Positions 21,431 to 30,935 of a stretch of DNA of 64,000 nt are shown piece after piece. The position numbers and the translations under genes are program-made. This DNA comes from an uncultured archaeon. GTDB taxonomy: Archaea; Thermoproteota; Bathyarchaeia; Bathyarchaeales; Bathycorpusculaceae. The stretch spans positions 1 through 64,000 of the forward strand of contig CAWENF010000017.1 of assembly GCA_963810275.1 (NCBI GenBank), given 5' to 3'. The notes under the pieces were generated by a model that made no database searches, was not told the DNA's origin, and was given only the letters and a program-made list of their open reading frames with translations. The first letter of the stretch is position 1; each line of letters opens with the position of its first letter.

Positions 21431-23080
21431 ATGGTGGGTCTCAAATCCTTGAGCGTATTCGAAATAAAAGAAAAAGATCTGCTTGGCAGAATCGGAAAAC
21501 TAAAAACAAAAACTACAACAGTGGAAACTCCGCTGCTTTTCCCAGTCATCAACCCAGTCAGACAACCCATCTCCTGCAGGAGGCTCAAGGAAACTTTTGG
21601 CTGCCAAGGTCTCATCACCAACAGTTACATCAACAAGAAGCGGTTTGGGGAAAAAATCATCGAAGCAGGCGGATTACATGAGTTTCTGGGCTACGACGGC
21701 GCATTAATGACTGATAGCGGTGCATACCAGATTCTTGTCTACGGCGAAGTGGAAGTGTCCCAGAAAGAAATTGTGGCGTACCAAGAGGGCATTGCTACTG
21801 ATATCGCCACCATACTTGACATCCCTACTGGGTGGAAAGTAACCCGAGAACAGGCAGAGATTACAGTAGCCGAAACTCATCGGCGCGCCAAAGAATTTTT
21901 CGACCTAAAAACTCGAGACGACATCCTCTGGGTTGGTCCAGTACAGGGCGGCAGACACCTTGACCTCGTCGCCGCATCAGCTAAAGAAATGGGTGCTTTG
22001 CCATTTCAAATCCACGCGTTGGGCAGCCCAACTGAAGTCATGGAGAGCTACCGTTACGACGTCCTCGCAGACATGATACTTACCTGCCGCAAAGGTATTC
22101 CTATAGAGCGTCCGTTGCACCTGTTTGGCGCAGGACACCCCAGCATGTTTGCCTTGGCAGTTTCGCTTGGTTGTGACCTGTTCGACTCAGCCGCATATGC
22201 CCTCTACGCTAGGGAAGGACGCTATATGACTGAGAATGGCACATGGCGGCTGGAACAAATGGATTTCTTCCCTTGCAGCTGCCCCCGATGTGTCGCTGAC
22301 ACTCCTGAAGGACTACGCAGAAAAACCGCAAAAGAGCGCGAAGTATTCCTTGCCGAGCACAACCTTTACGTATGCCAAGCTGAATTGCGACGCATAAAGC
22401 AGGCTATTTCCGACGGCCGACTCTGGGAACACACCGAGATGCGCCTCCACGCCCACCCAGCCTTGCTTTCAGCATTGAAACACGTGCGTGACCACGAGGA
22501 CTTCATAGAAAAATTCAGCCCAACTGCGAAAAGCAGCGGCTTTTTCTATTTTGACTCCGTCGGCTTAGCTCGTCCAGAAATTGTCCACTACCGCAAACGC
22601 CTATCCGAGCGCTACGCGCCGCCAGCCGACGCTAAAGTGCTGTTTCTGGTGCCGCAGACCCGCAACAAACCCTTCCACAAAGCGCCTGAAATGAAGAAAA
22701 TTCGTCACTTGCTCCGCATCATTGGCGAACCCATGGCAAAACAAGTGCACGTTTGTGTTTTTGCAGCACCATTCGGCGTTACCCCGTTGGAGCTTGATGA
22801 GGTTTACCCACTTAGCCAACATGAAGTGGCTTTGCCTCTTGATGCCGAAACAGTGGCCTATGTGGCAGGGCAAACTACTGAGTACATTAAACGCGGCGGT
22901 TACAGAGGCGTCGTGTTGCTAAACGACCCTAAACTGTGGGACGAAAATGTGGTTACGGCGGCAAAGCAAGCCTGCACGGAGAAAGGCATTACATTTGATT
23001 CGGTGGATGCAAATAAGGCGGTATCTCGGGAAACGCTCAAACATCTACAAGATCAAATCACAGCAGCGCTTACGCAGTAA
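21431..23080 (+). CDS. tgtA: archaeosine tRNA-guanine(15) transglycosylase
   Basis: TDSGAYQ, HLFGAGHP, DLFDSA, CSCPRC...HNL zinc site; start uncertain (21413/21431/21449). Confidence 0.93.
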   Translation: MVGLKSLSVFEIKEKDLLGRIGKLKTKTTTVETPLLFPVINPVRQPISCRRLKETFGCQGLITNSYINKKRFGEKIIEAGGLHEFLGYDGALMTDSGAYQILVYGEVEVSQKEIVAYQEGIATDIATILDIPTGWKVTREQAEITVAETHRRAKEFFDLKTRDDILWVGPVQGGRHLDLVAASAKEMGALPFQIHALGSPTEVMESYRYDVLADMILTCRKGIPIERPLHLFGAGHPSMFALAVSLGCDLFDSAAYALYAREGRYMTENGTWRLEQMDFFPCSCPRCVADTPEGLRRKTAKEREVFLAEHNLYVCQAELRRIKQAISDGRLWEHTEMRLHAHPALLSALKHVRDHEDFIEKFSPTAKSSGFFYFDSVGLARPEIVHYRKRLSERYAPPADAKVLFLVPQTRNKPFHKAPEMKKIRHLLRIIGEPMAKQVHVCVFAAPFGVTPLELDEVYPLSQHEVALPLDAETVAYVAGQTTEYIKRGGYRGVVLLNDPKLWDENVVTAAKQACTEKGITFDSVDANKAVSRETLKHLQDQITAALTQ

Positions 23081-23144
23081 CCCTGTGTTGTCTATGTCGA
23101 ATAACCTTTTTTTACCTCCATCGCCAATTAGCACCCGTCTGGAG

Positions 23145-23753
23145 ATGAGAGAAATCCATACGTTGTACGCTGACCTACATATCCACACAGTCTACTCAGC
23201 GGACTCGCTGGTTCAACCTAAAATTTTGGTGGACCTCCTAAACGCACACCCATTCATCAAAGTCGCCGCCATCACCGACCACGACAGCATAAGAGCCAAC
23301 AAAGTCACACTTGAATTAGCCAAATCATACCCAGATATACTCATTATTCCCGGCTGCGAAATCTCCACTCCCAAAGGCGACATGCTTGTGCTGGGCACTA
23401 CAGAGTTGCCGCCTCGCCCGTGGACGCCTGAAAACGTCGCTGACTATGCCCGCCAAAACGGCGCTGTCTCAGTTGTAGCGCATCCATTCCGAACGTACGG
23501 AATGGGCGAATACGCCGCCAACCTTAAGGTAGACGCCATCGAGGTGCTTAACGGCGGCACAGGCAGGGAAGGCAACGCTGAAGCTAAAGAATTCGCTAAA
23601 GCCCGCGGATTGCCGGGTACTGCAGGCAGCGACGCACATCAGGTTTCGGAACTGTTTGCGGTGTACAACCAGATTAAGGCGGAGTTAACTGTGGACTCGG
23701 TTTTGGCAGCGATAAAAAAAGGTTTAGTCACCACAAAATCCTGCTCCATTTGA
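23145..23753 (+). CDS. PHP domain metal-dependent phosphoesterase
   Basis: DLHIHT, ITDHD, AHP, GSDAH; start uncertain. Confidence 0.9.
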   Translation: MREIHTLYADLHIHTVYSADSLVQPKILVDLLNAHPFIKVAAITDHDSIRANKVTLELAKSYPDILIIPGCEISTPKGDMLVLGTTELPPRPWTPENVADYARQNGAVSVVAHPFRTYGMGEYAANLKVDAIEVLNGGTGREGNAEAKEFAKARGLPGTAGSDAHQVSELFAVYNQIKAELTVDSVLAAIKKGLVTTKSCSI

Positions 23754-24111
23754 GCGTAACTACCACTGAATCAGTGCTTAAGCTTTGCATTCAGTAATCA
23801 ACCCTTAATGTAGCAGTTAAATGTCCAAAACCCAATTACTGCCTCAAATAAGAAAAGAAGAACCCAGTAGCTAAATAAGGAGTATGACCTCCTGAAAGTT
23901 TCTGCCTTGTTTGTATTCAATAGAAATTTTGAATAACCCTTTCGAATCGTGGAGAGAACGAAGCAAAGGTGTAAAATACAAACCAAATAGCACTTTAGGT
24001 TAGTTTGAGGAAAATCGATTGGGTTAATACGAGTAATATTGTATTTATTTAAAATTTTTCGAGGAAACCTTTATTGTGGACTTTAGGGCTTAACGCTATA
24101 GAGCTGTTCTT

Positions 24112-24348
24112 ATGTCTGTCAAAGTTGATAAAACATTAGACTGTTTAGGTCTTTATTGTCCTGAACCTGTTTTCAAAACTCGACTTGAAATTGATGAAAT
24201 GGAAGTGGGCGAAACCTTGGAAGTAACAGCCGACGACCCAGCCGCTAAAGCTGACATTGAAAATTTGGTAAAGAATTTAGGGCAAAAAATTGTTGAAAGC
24301 GTTCAAGAAGGAAATGTAACTCGAATTGTGATCGAAAAAATCAAATAA
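24112..24348 (+). CDS. tusA: TusA-family sulfur carrier
   Basis: LDCLGLYCPEP motif. Confidence 0.9.
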   Translation: MSVKVDKTLDCLGLYCPEPVFKTRLEIDEMEVGETLEVTADDPAAKADIENLVKNLGQKIVESVQEGNVTRIVIEKIK

Positions 24349-24367
24349 TCAACAGGATGTTTTTAGG

Positions 24368-25552
24368 ATGAGTTCAGATCGAAGAATTTGTATGGATTAT
24401 TCCGCAGGAAAACCAGTCGATTCAAGAGTAATCGATGAAATGTTGCCTTATATGAAGTCATCATTTGGTAACCCCTCTTCGCTTCATAATTTGGGACAGG
24501 AAGCAAAGAAGGCGTTGGAGGCCAGCAGAGAATCTATAGCTAGACTTGTCAATGCAGAAGACCCCGATTGCATAACCTTTACTTGTGGAGCAACGGAAAG
24601 CAATAACCTAGCCGTCAAAGGTGTAGCTAACCGAAAGAAAAGCCAAGGTACAAAGATTTTAACTTCCAGCGTAGAACATATGTCAATAGTTAATTCGTTC
24701 AAGTTTTTGACTAGACAGGGGTTTCAGGCGGTCTTTCTTCCAGTTGACAAATTTGGGGTGCTAGAACTAGAAAAATTAGAAAGCGAATTAGATGACAATA
24801 CTACGCTTGTTTCAATTGTTTATGCTAATAGCGAAATTGGCACCATTGAACCTATTGAGGAAATCAGTAAAATAGTGCATAAGAAGAAGGCTTATTTGCA
24901 TGTTGACGCGACAGCAGCTTGCGGTCAAATTCCAATAGATGTTCAAGCAACTAATATTGACTTACTAACTATATCAAGCAATGACATGTATGGTCCAAGA
25001 GGAGTCGGCGCTTTGTACATAAAAAAAGGAGTTACCTTGGAATCAATCATTCAAGGTGGTGGACAAGAACACGGCTTACGATCAGGAACTGAAAACGTTG
25101 AAGGTATTGTTGGTTTTGCCAAAGCTGCGGAAATTGCCCAAACCGAAATGCGTCAAAATAACGAGAAGTTAATTAAACTAAGGGATAACCTGATTAAAGG
25201 ATTGATTGACCCAATACCCTACTCATACTTGAATGGTCATCAGACTCAAAGGCTTCCGGATAACGTGTCAATTAGATTCAGCTTTGTGGAAGGAGAGTCG
25301 ATTCTACTAAGTTTAGATATCATGGGAATTTTGGCGTCTTCTGGCTCAGCATGTGCATCAAAAACTTTGCAGCCCTCGCACACTTTAATGGCTCTAGGGC
25401 TTCGAGCCGAAGAAGCTCATGGTTCACTAATGTTGACTTTAGGAAGGGAAAATACTCAAGAAGATGTGAATAGGGTTAATAGTGTTGTGCCCGATATAAT
25501 TAAGCGATTAAGAGACATGTCGCCCTTAACGCCAAAGGAGTTGAAAAACTAA
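24368..25552 (+). CDS. iscS: cysteine desulfurase (IscS/NifS type)
   Basis: GNPSS.H, ATESNN, HVDA, RSGTENV, SSGSAC; the PLP-site segment reads SSNDMYGP rather than SxHKxYGP. Confidence 0.88.
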   Translation: MSSDRRICMDYSAGKPVDSRVIDEMLPYMKSSFGNPSSLHNLGQEAKKALEASRESIARLVNAEDPDCITFTCGATESNNLAVKGVANRKKSQGTKILTSSVEHMSIVNSFKFLTRQGFQAVFLPVDKFGVLELEKLESELDDNTTLVSIVYANSEIGTIEPIEEISKIVHKKKAYLHVDATAACGQIPIDVQATNIDLLTISSNDMYGPRGVGALYIKKGVTLESIIQGGGQEHGLRSGTENVEGIVGFAKAAEIAQTEMRQNNEKLIKLRDNLIKGLIDPIPYSYLNGHQTQRLPDNVSIRFSFVEGESILLSLDIMGILASSGSACASKTLQPSHTLMALGLRAEEAHGSLMLTLGRENTQEDVNRVNSVVPDIIKRLRDMSPLTPKELKN

Positions 25553-26046
25553 TGTACACGGAAAAAGTTATGGAACATTTTAAAAATCCAAAAAATATGG
25601 GTGAAATTACTGACGCCGACGGTGTTGGTGAAGTTGGAAACCCAACATGTGGAGATATGATGACCATGTATATTAAAGTCAAGGATGACCGAATTGATGA
25701 TATAAAATTCAAAACTTATGGTTGCGGAGCAGCTATCGCCACAAGTAGCATGACTACGGAAATTGCTAAAGGAAAGACATTGGATGAAGCGATGCAGATT
25801 ACTCGTGCAAGCGTGGCTGATTCTTTGGGTGGACTTCCAAAAGTGAAAATGCACTGTTCTAATTTAGCTGCGGATGCTCTTCATGCTGCAATTGAAGATT
25901 ACAAAAGAAAAACAAAAAAATGTAAAAGTTGTATGGAAACTGGAGAAGAGCCTTGCGAGTTCGCTAATGCTACTGCTGAGATTGAAGGAAGAACAGTTAA
26001 TTTTTGTTGTCAACCTCCTGTAGATAAAGATAAACAGAAAGAATAG
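25552..26046 (+). CDS. iscU: Fe-S scaffold IscU/NifU with Cys-rich C-terminal extension
   Basis: GNPTCGD, TYGCGAAIA, KMHCSNL; extra CKSC...C...FCC tail. Confidence 0.92.
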   Translation: MYTEKVMEHFKNPKNMGEITDADGVGEVGNPTCGDMMTMYIKVKDDRIDDIKFKTYGCGAAIATSSMTTEIAKGKTLDEAMQITRASVADSLGGLPKVKMHCSNLAADALHAAIEDYKRKTKKCKSCMETGEEPCEFANATAEIEGRTVNFCCQPPVDKDKQKE

Positions 26047-26187
26047 TTGCTGGTATTCCTTTCTTTCTTTAATTTTTTAATATTCAACCATAGGATTTAT
26101 TTGGCTTTGTTGTGTTGATTGGTTTAATATCGTTTGTTATTTCTTGAATAACGTGTGATCCATTACGCTTAGGGAGGTGAAAATTTA

Positions 26188-26607
26188 ATGAGTCAAACAA
26201 AGAAAATAGCTTTAGTTGTGCAAAGTGGAACAGTCGACAAGCTTTATTGTGCCTTTATCTTAGCGTCAACTTCAGTGGCAATGGGTTGGGAAACTCACAT
26301 GTACTTTACTTTCTGGGGACTTCAAAGTTTAGTTAAAGGAGCCATGGAAAAAGCATCGTTACCTGGTGACTATAAACATCTCGAAGAAGCTATGCAAAAA
26401 AATCTTGAAAAAATGAAATACCCGACACCTTACGAGATGCTTAAGCGATTGAAACAATCTGGCTTATGTAAAATTTATGCGTGCACGCCAACAATGGAAA
26501 TGTTCGGAGTCAAAAAAGAAGACCTTGTTCCAGAAATAGACGAAATGGCTGGAGCAGCAACATTCCTAACAATAGCTGCAGACGCCGATGTACAACTCTT
26601 CATCTAA
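26188..26607 (+). CDS. DsrE/DsrF/DrsH-like protein
   Basis: YFTFWGL, IYAC, GAATFL...LFI; GGAGGTGA SD upstream. Confidence 0.88.
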   Translation: MSQTKKIALVVQSGTVDKLYCAFILASTSVAMGWETHMYFTFWGLQSLVKGAMEKASLPGDYKHLEEAMQKNLEKMKYPTPYEMLKRLKQSGLCKIYACTPTMEMFGVKKEDLVPEIDEMAGAATFLTIAADADVQLFI

Positions 26608-26752
26608 AAAAACCTCTTTTCTTCCTAATTCCCCCTTTCATTATACGCTAGGATTGGCTAAAAGTGGTAAGCGCTGCTAGGTCTACGCACAAGTGCAAAT
26701 AAGACTTAGTTTTGGTTTTGCACCAATGCTGCAATTTAGGGTTAGCGTCATT

Positions 26753-26771
26753 TGGCGCTGAGTCCCGGATT
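26753..26771 (-). mobile_element. tRNA 3'-end relic (Asp-like, G73-CCA), putative att site
   Basis: minus strand AATCCGGG-ACTCAGC-G-CCA fits T-arm 3' side + acceptor + discriminator + CCA; no 5' half present. Confidence 0.45.
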
Positions 26772-26883
26772 CTGAGTTGTTCTTGAGTCTCAGTTGTGTT
26801 TCCACCACATGAGCGCATCTGTTAAGAGAATTTTGTCTGGGTTTTCTCACCAAGCCCAGATTATTTCTTTAAGTTAATCAATT

Positions 26884-27093
26884 TTGCTTACTTATCTTGT
26901 TACCAAGGGTTTAGGCGTTAGTGAGATTGCACAGGTTATGGGTAAATCTCGTGTATCTGTGAAAGGGAAAATTTTCAATGCAGGTTTAAATTCTTTAGTT
27001 GTTGCAACCAGTGTACCATTTTTAGTTGCAACAACAATTGCAACAACAACTCCGGTTGGCCGGTTTCACCTGCTGCTTGCCCACGCATGCTAA
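26884..27093 (+). pseudogene. HTH protein fragment, provirus/MGE-like
   Basis: GLGVSEIAQVMGKSRVSVKGKI helix-turn-helix followed by a Thr-rich linker; truncated. Confidence 0.45.
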
Positions 27094-27281
27094 GATGAAT
27101 CTTGCCCACAAATTCCTCATAGTTCAGCTTGAGCATTACCTATCAAACAATCCCTTTTTTAGGCATTATCTATATAACTGTCCCAAACATGTAACTGAAA
27201 ATGTCAAGCAAGCGCTAAGGGAAAATTTGTCATGTTTTTCTTTTCAAAAAACGTTTTATCAGCTCGCCATTAATAATTACT

Positions 27282-27857
27282 TTGGTGAATGAATTGCACA
27301 ACCTTTCCTCCGAGGTTGAAAACATCATCTTTCAAGCCTTGGCGAATCCGATTAGGCGCACTATTCTTGAAATTATCAACTCAAATCCAAAAGTCTCCTA
27401 TTCAGAATTAATTTTGGAGCTACAGCTTCCCACAGGCAAATTGAACTATCATATAGAACAATTGGAAGGACTAATAGAGAAGAATTCGGAACGCCATTAC
27501 GTTTTAACTCCTTTGGGCATAAAAGCACTCAATCAATTGAATCTAATAAAACAAGAAGCCAACGCCGATGACGAGAGATACGTGAAGGCTGCAGAAAAGG
27601 CACGAAAGACTAGTCTTCAGCCAGCAGTACGCTCTTTCCTACTTGTTGGTGTAGCGTTTTCTGTATTGATTGTTTTTGTCTGGAGCTATCTTGCTTTTGT
27701 TGCGTTGACTGAAGGGGCACCAATTATTGTTTACATTTTGTTGCCATTTCTGATTGCGTTAGGCGTCGGTTTGATTTGTTCGCTTATTTACGCATTGCTA
27801 AAGTCGCCTGAGTGGGTGAGAAGATTGGAACGGAGGTTTATGGCCCAAGCTAAATGA
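27282..27857 (+). CDS. ArsR-like wHTH regulator with two C-terminal TM helices
   Basis: FQALANPIRRTIL, LNYHIEQL, YVLTPLG; two hydrophobic segments. Confidence 0.85.
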   Translation: MVNELHNLSSEVENIIFQALANPIRRTILEIINSNPKVSYSELILELQLPTGKLNYHIEQLEGLIEKNSERHYVLTPLGIKALNQLNLIKQEANADDERYVKAAEKARKTSLQPAVRSFLLVGVAFSVLIVFVWSYLAFVALTEGAPIIVYILLPFLIALGVGLICSLIYALLKSPEWVRRLERRFMAQAK

Positions 27858-28370
27858 AGCGAATGCCGGCGAATCATATGAATAATGGCGCACGCAACCA
27901 TAAGCATCAACAATCCCTTCTCAGTTATTCTCTATAGCTTAACTCCACGGCTGCAGATTTTCTATAGATGGTGCTTCTAAGTCATCAAGCCTGTCAAGAA
28001 TGTTAAAACTCATAATCCACCAAGCACCCACAAACAAGCTGAATTTGCTCTCACATTAAATCCCCCAAGGCGCAACCATTAGCTAAGTATAACATATAAA
28101 ACCAAATGAAGGAAAGACTATCAATACAGGGGAAGAAGGATGAAAGCGCTCTCTGATGTTGCTGTTGATGTACAATCACATGGTTATTTATTATTCAAAA
28201 AGAACACTGTGTTAAGTGAAGAGTTGACTTAGACGAGATGATTTCCTCTCTCTTCCTGATTTCCTTTTGTCTGCGCTTAGGCCAACCTTCTCTTTATTGC
28301 AACCACAACAACGTTTTGATCAAACATAGTTTCGATGGCGTTTTATCGCTCTGGATCGGAGACAGTTGAA

Positions 28371-28769
28371 ATGTTAAGAAAATCAGTTATTGCGATAGTA
28401 TCCGTAGTAATTATAATAGTCGCTGGCTTGGGCATATATGTCGGGTTAACTTATCCTCGAACCACAGCCAACATACCCGTTTCTTTTACAGTGGGCGCTG
28501 ACTCAAAGACTGTAGCTTTTGAGCAGCCAATCTTAGATGACAAAGCGCAGGTTATGATTTCCGTTCATAGTGGTGCAGCGTTGTGGCATGCTCAGATATC
28601 AAATGGCTCTCAAATCGTATGGGAACACACAGCAGCTCAGGGTCAGCAGCAGAGCTACCTCAGCGATTGGATAACGATACCAAGTGGGAGCTATAATTTT
28701 ACCTTCGGAACAATAGGTGGGTCACTGGATGCGACAGCTAGCATCACATCCAAAGGAGGTGTATGGTGA
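28371..28769 (+). CDS. membrane-anchored hypothetical protein
   Basis: N-terminal TM then beta-rich ectodomain. Confidence 0.7.
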   Translation: MLRKSVIAIVSVVIIIVAGLGIYVGLTYPRTTANIPVSFTVGADSKTVAFEQPILDDKAQVMISVHSGAALWHAQISNGSQIVWEHTAAQGQQQSYLSDWITIPSGSYNFTFGTIGGSLDATASITSKGGVW

Positions 28770-28771
28770 AA

Positions 28772-28939
28772 ATGCCTGTTCCTGAACCCAAATCGGATGA
28801 ATCTGAAAGGGAATACATCTCTCGATGTGAGAAATTTATGCATTAAGAAAATGATCGCAAGCCAGAGAGTGAAAAGCGTTCAAATGCCCAGATTAGTGCC
28901 ATTTGCTATTCTACTTGGCGTAAAAAAACCAAACGTTAG
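28772..28939 (+). pseudogene. phage-like mini-protein with internal stop
   Basis: MPVPEPKSDESEREYISRC...*...QISAICYSTWRK; TAA at codon 25. Confidence 0.45.
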
Positions 28940-29006
28940 TTGACTTAACTTAGTCCCGACATGGTGACTAATTGTGTATTTATTTTACCATTGAATGTTA
29001 GGAGCT

Positions 29007-29230
29007 ATGAACAATCGCAAGAAAATAGTTATCGCAATTGCAGTCGTTGCAACACTTATTGCTTCAATAATAGTCATTAGGTATCCTTCACCGCCTTGGT
29101 TCTATAATCGTTCCAGACGATTATCCATCAATTCAAGCGGCTGCAGACCATGCATTTACAGGTCAAACAATCTTTGTAAGAAGCGGTGTCTATACAGAAC
29201 AAAATATAGTCATCAATAAGCCATACCTAA
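29007..29230 (+). pseudogene. NosD/CASH protein N-terminal remnant
   Basis: alternate frame reads IIVPDDYPSIQAAADHA..GQTIFVRSGVYTE..VINKP; frameshifted and truncated. Confidence 0.6.
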
Positions 29231-29611
29231 GACGGCAACTGCAAAAACTACTACTGCAATAACTATTGGTGGAAAAGGCTCTGATTTGGGGGTTCGTCAC
29301 CAGTATTAGTTGTTGGAGGTTGCGTGGAGGTAGGTGTTGCAGATGAAGGGGGAATGCCAAATGCGGGAATCTCAAAATCGGTTATCGGGTTTACCAATGG
29401 GTGGCAGTCAATGCTTCTGCCCGTTGCCCACGAGTAAGAATCATCTACAAAGGGCGCATTCCAGATTCCCAGCCCTTCAACTTGGGTAGCGTTAGGATAT
29501 TTGATTGTGTAATTGCTCTAATAGTTCCTATCTACAAAGGGGGGCATCCGCTAAACCTACAAAAATACAAAAAGAAATGGAGGAAATTCTAGTATAAGTT
29601 AAGATTAGAAG

Positions 29612-29628
29612 TGGCGCCGCTGAAAGGA
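29612..29628 (-). mobile_element. 17-bp duplicate of tRNA-Asn 3' end (attR-like)
   Basis: TGGCGCCGCTGAAAGGA is identical to 35070-35086. Confidence 0.8.
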
Positions 29629-29699
29629 TGCACCGCGATATTGTAGAATCTATACTGGATGGAAACTGGTTTTTTCACTCATTAGCCTCTTGTTTTATC

Positions 29700-30326
29700 A
29701 ATTCCTTAAGCTGATTTGCCAACACATTAAGCTGATGATTTTCTAGCTTTGTAGCGTTATAGTGGGTTACGGCTCCTTGAGTGTATGCGTTATTTGTCAA
29801 GAGTCTCTGGGTTCATTCCCCATGCGCGAATTATCTCTTTGAGGGCTTCAACCTTGCTTGTTTGGGTTTTTGGTCTGATAGCTAATCCTGCAGAGTTGTA
29901 TTGTGCTCATATGCATAATCTTCTAGCAGGCAAACATGGTTGAACTTTGCATTTCACTAAAAAACCACTGCACCCTAAGCATAACACGTGCATCAGCGCC
30001 TTTTGGGTAGGCGGTGGCAAACCAGTTGTAGACTAAGCGTACCAGGCGGTAGCGTAAAAAATCGTGTGACTGATCAAGAACAGCATTTTCCTCATCGGTT
30101 AATCTGCTTAGTAACTGTTTGGCTGCTTGGTTTTGCTCTTCTGGGCTTGTGTCACTGTTGATTATTGCTTTTGTTTCCTGCTGGAAGGCTGATCGGATTT
30201 TTTGGGCGCCTCATGCAAGAGCTGCTCGTCCAAGTTGCCTACATGCAGCATTATATCGCCGTCTTCAGGAGGGAACTTCAAGACGTTGCGCTCTAACTCG
30301 TAGAGTTTGCGACTAAGCACATTCAT
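29700..30326 (-). pseudogene. degraded MGE-type ORF
   Basis: MNVLSRKLYELE...; continuous protein-like reading across frameshifts; coupled to 30326-30730. Confidence 0.4.
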
Positions 30327-30730
30327 CACAAGCCCCTCCCAGTTTTACGCACCTTAGAGTCATCATGCTGCTTGGGAATCAAGACGCTGTTTTTTAGCTT
30401 GTCCTCTAAAGCGATTACTCTTAGCTCAAGCTCCTCATCTTTTAGTAAAGTTCCATAGGTTGAGACGGCTGAAACCAAAACCCGCGCACACCCCTGTTTA
30501 AGACGGTCGCTGTTTCCGCCATTATGAATTTTTTTGTGAGATAAGCTTAGAACTCCGTCTAAAACTCTAAATAAGGAATTTCTACGCTCCTTTGCGGAGC
30601 GGTTTAATGACGGTTTCTTATTAGTTTCAGCCTCAGATCCACCCAAACTTCTACGCCACTTGCAGTACATCTCCAACACCACAAAGAAAAAGACAACAAG
30701 CGAGTATGCGCCTAAGACATCACAAAACAA
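30326..30730 (-). CDS. hypothetical helical protein, provirus-like
   Basis: KDEELELRVIALE coiled segment; lies inside the att-bounded interval; true start probably downstream. Confidence 0.5.
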   Translation of the reverse strand: MFCDVLGAYSLVVFFFVVLEMYCKWRRSLGGSEAETNKKPSLNRSAKERRNSLFRVLDGVLSLSHKKIHNGGNSDRLKQGCARVLVSAVSTYGTLLKDEELELRVIALEDKLKNSVLIPKQHDDSKVRKTGRGL

Positions 30731-30935
30731 GACAACAAGTAGTGTATATCGGTTTTTAGAAATAAGATTTTTGGTTTAAAGAAGGGTTTGCTGAGGCTCC
30801 TGCCAATATTTAAGGAGAAAAAGGAAAGAATGAGAGCAACACTTGCAAATGAACCATTTAGCAGAAGCCTTCTCAGTCCCAAATTATTCTCCTACTTAAA
30901 AAAAAGAAAGAGAGATTGTTTAGTTTTTTCACAGC

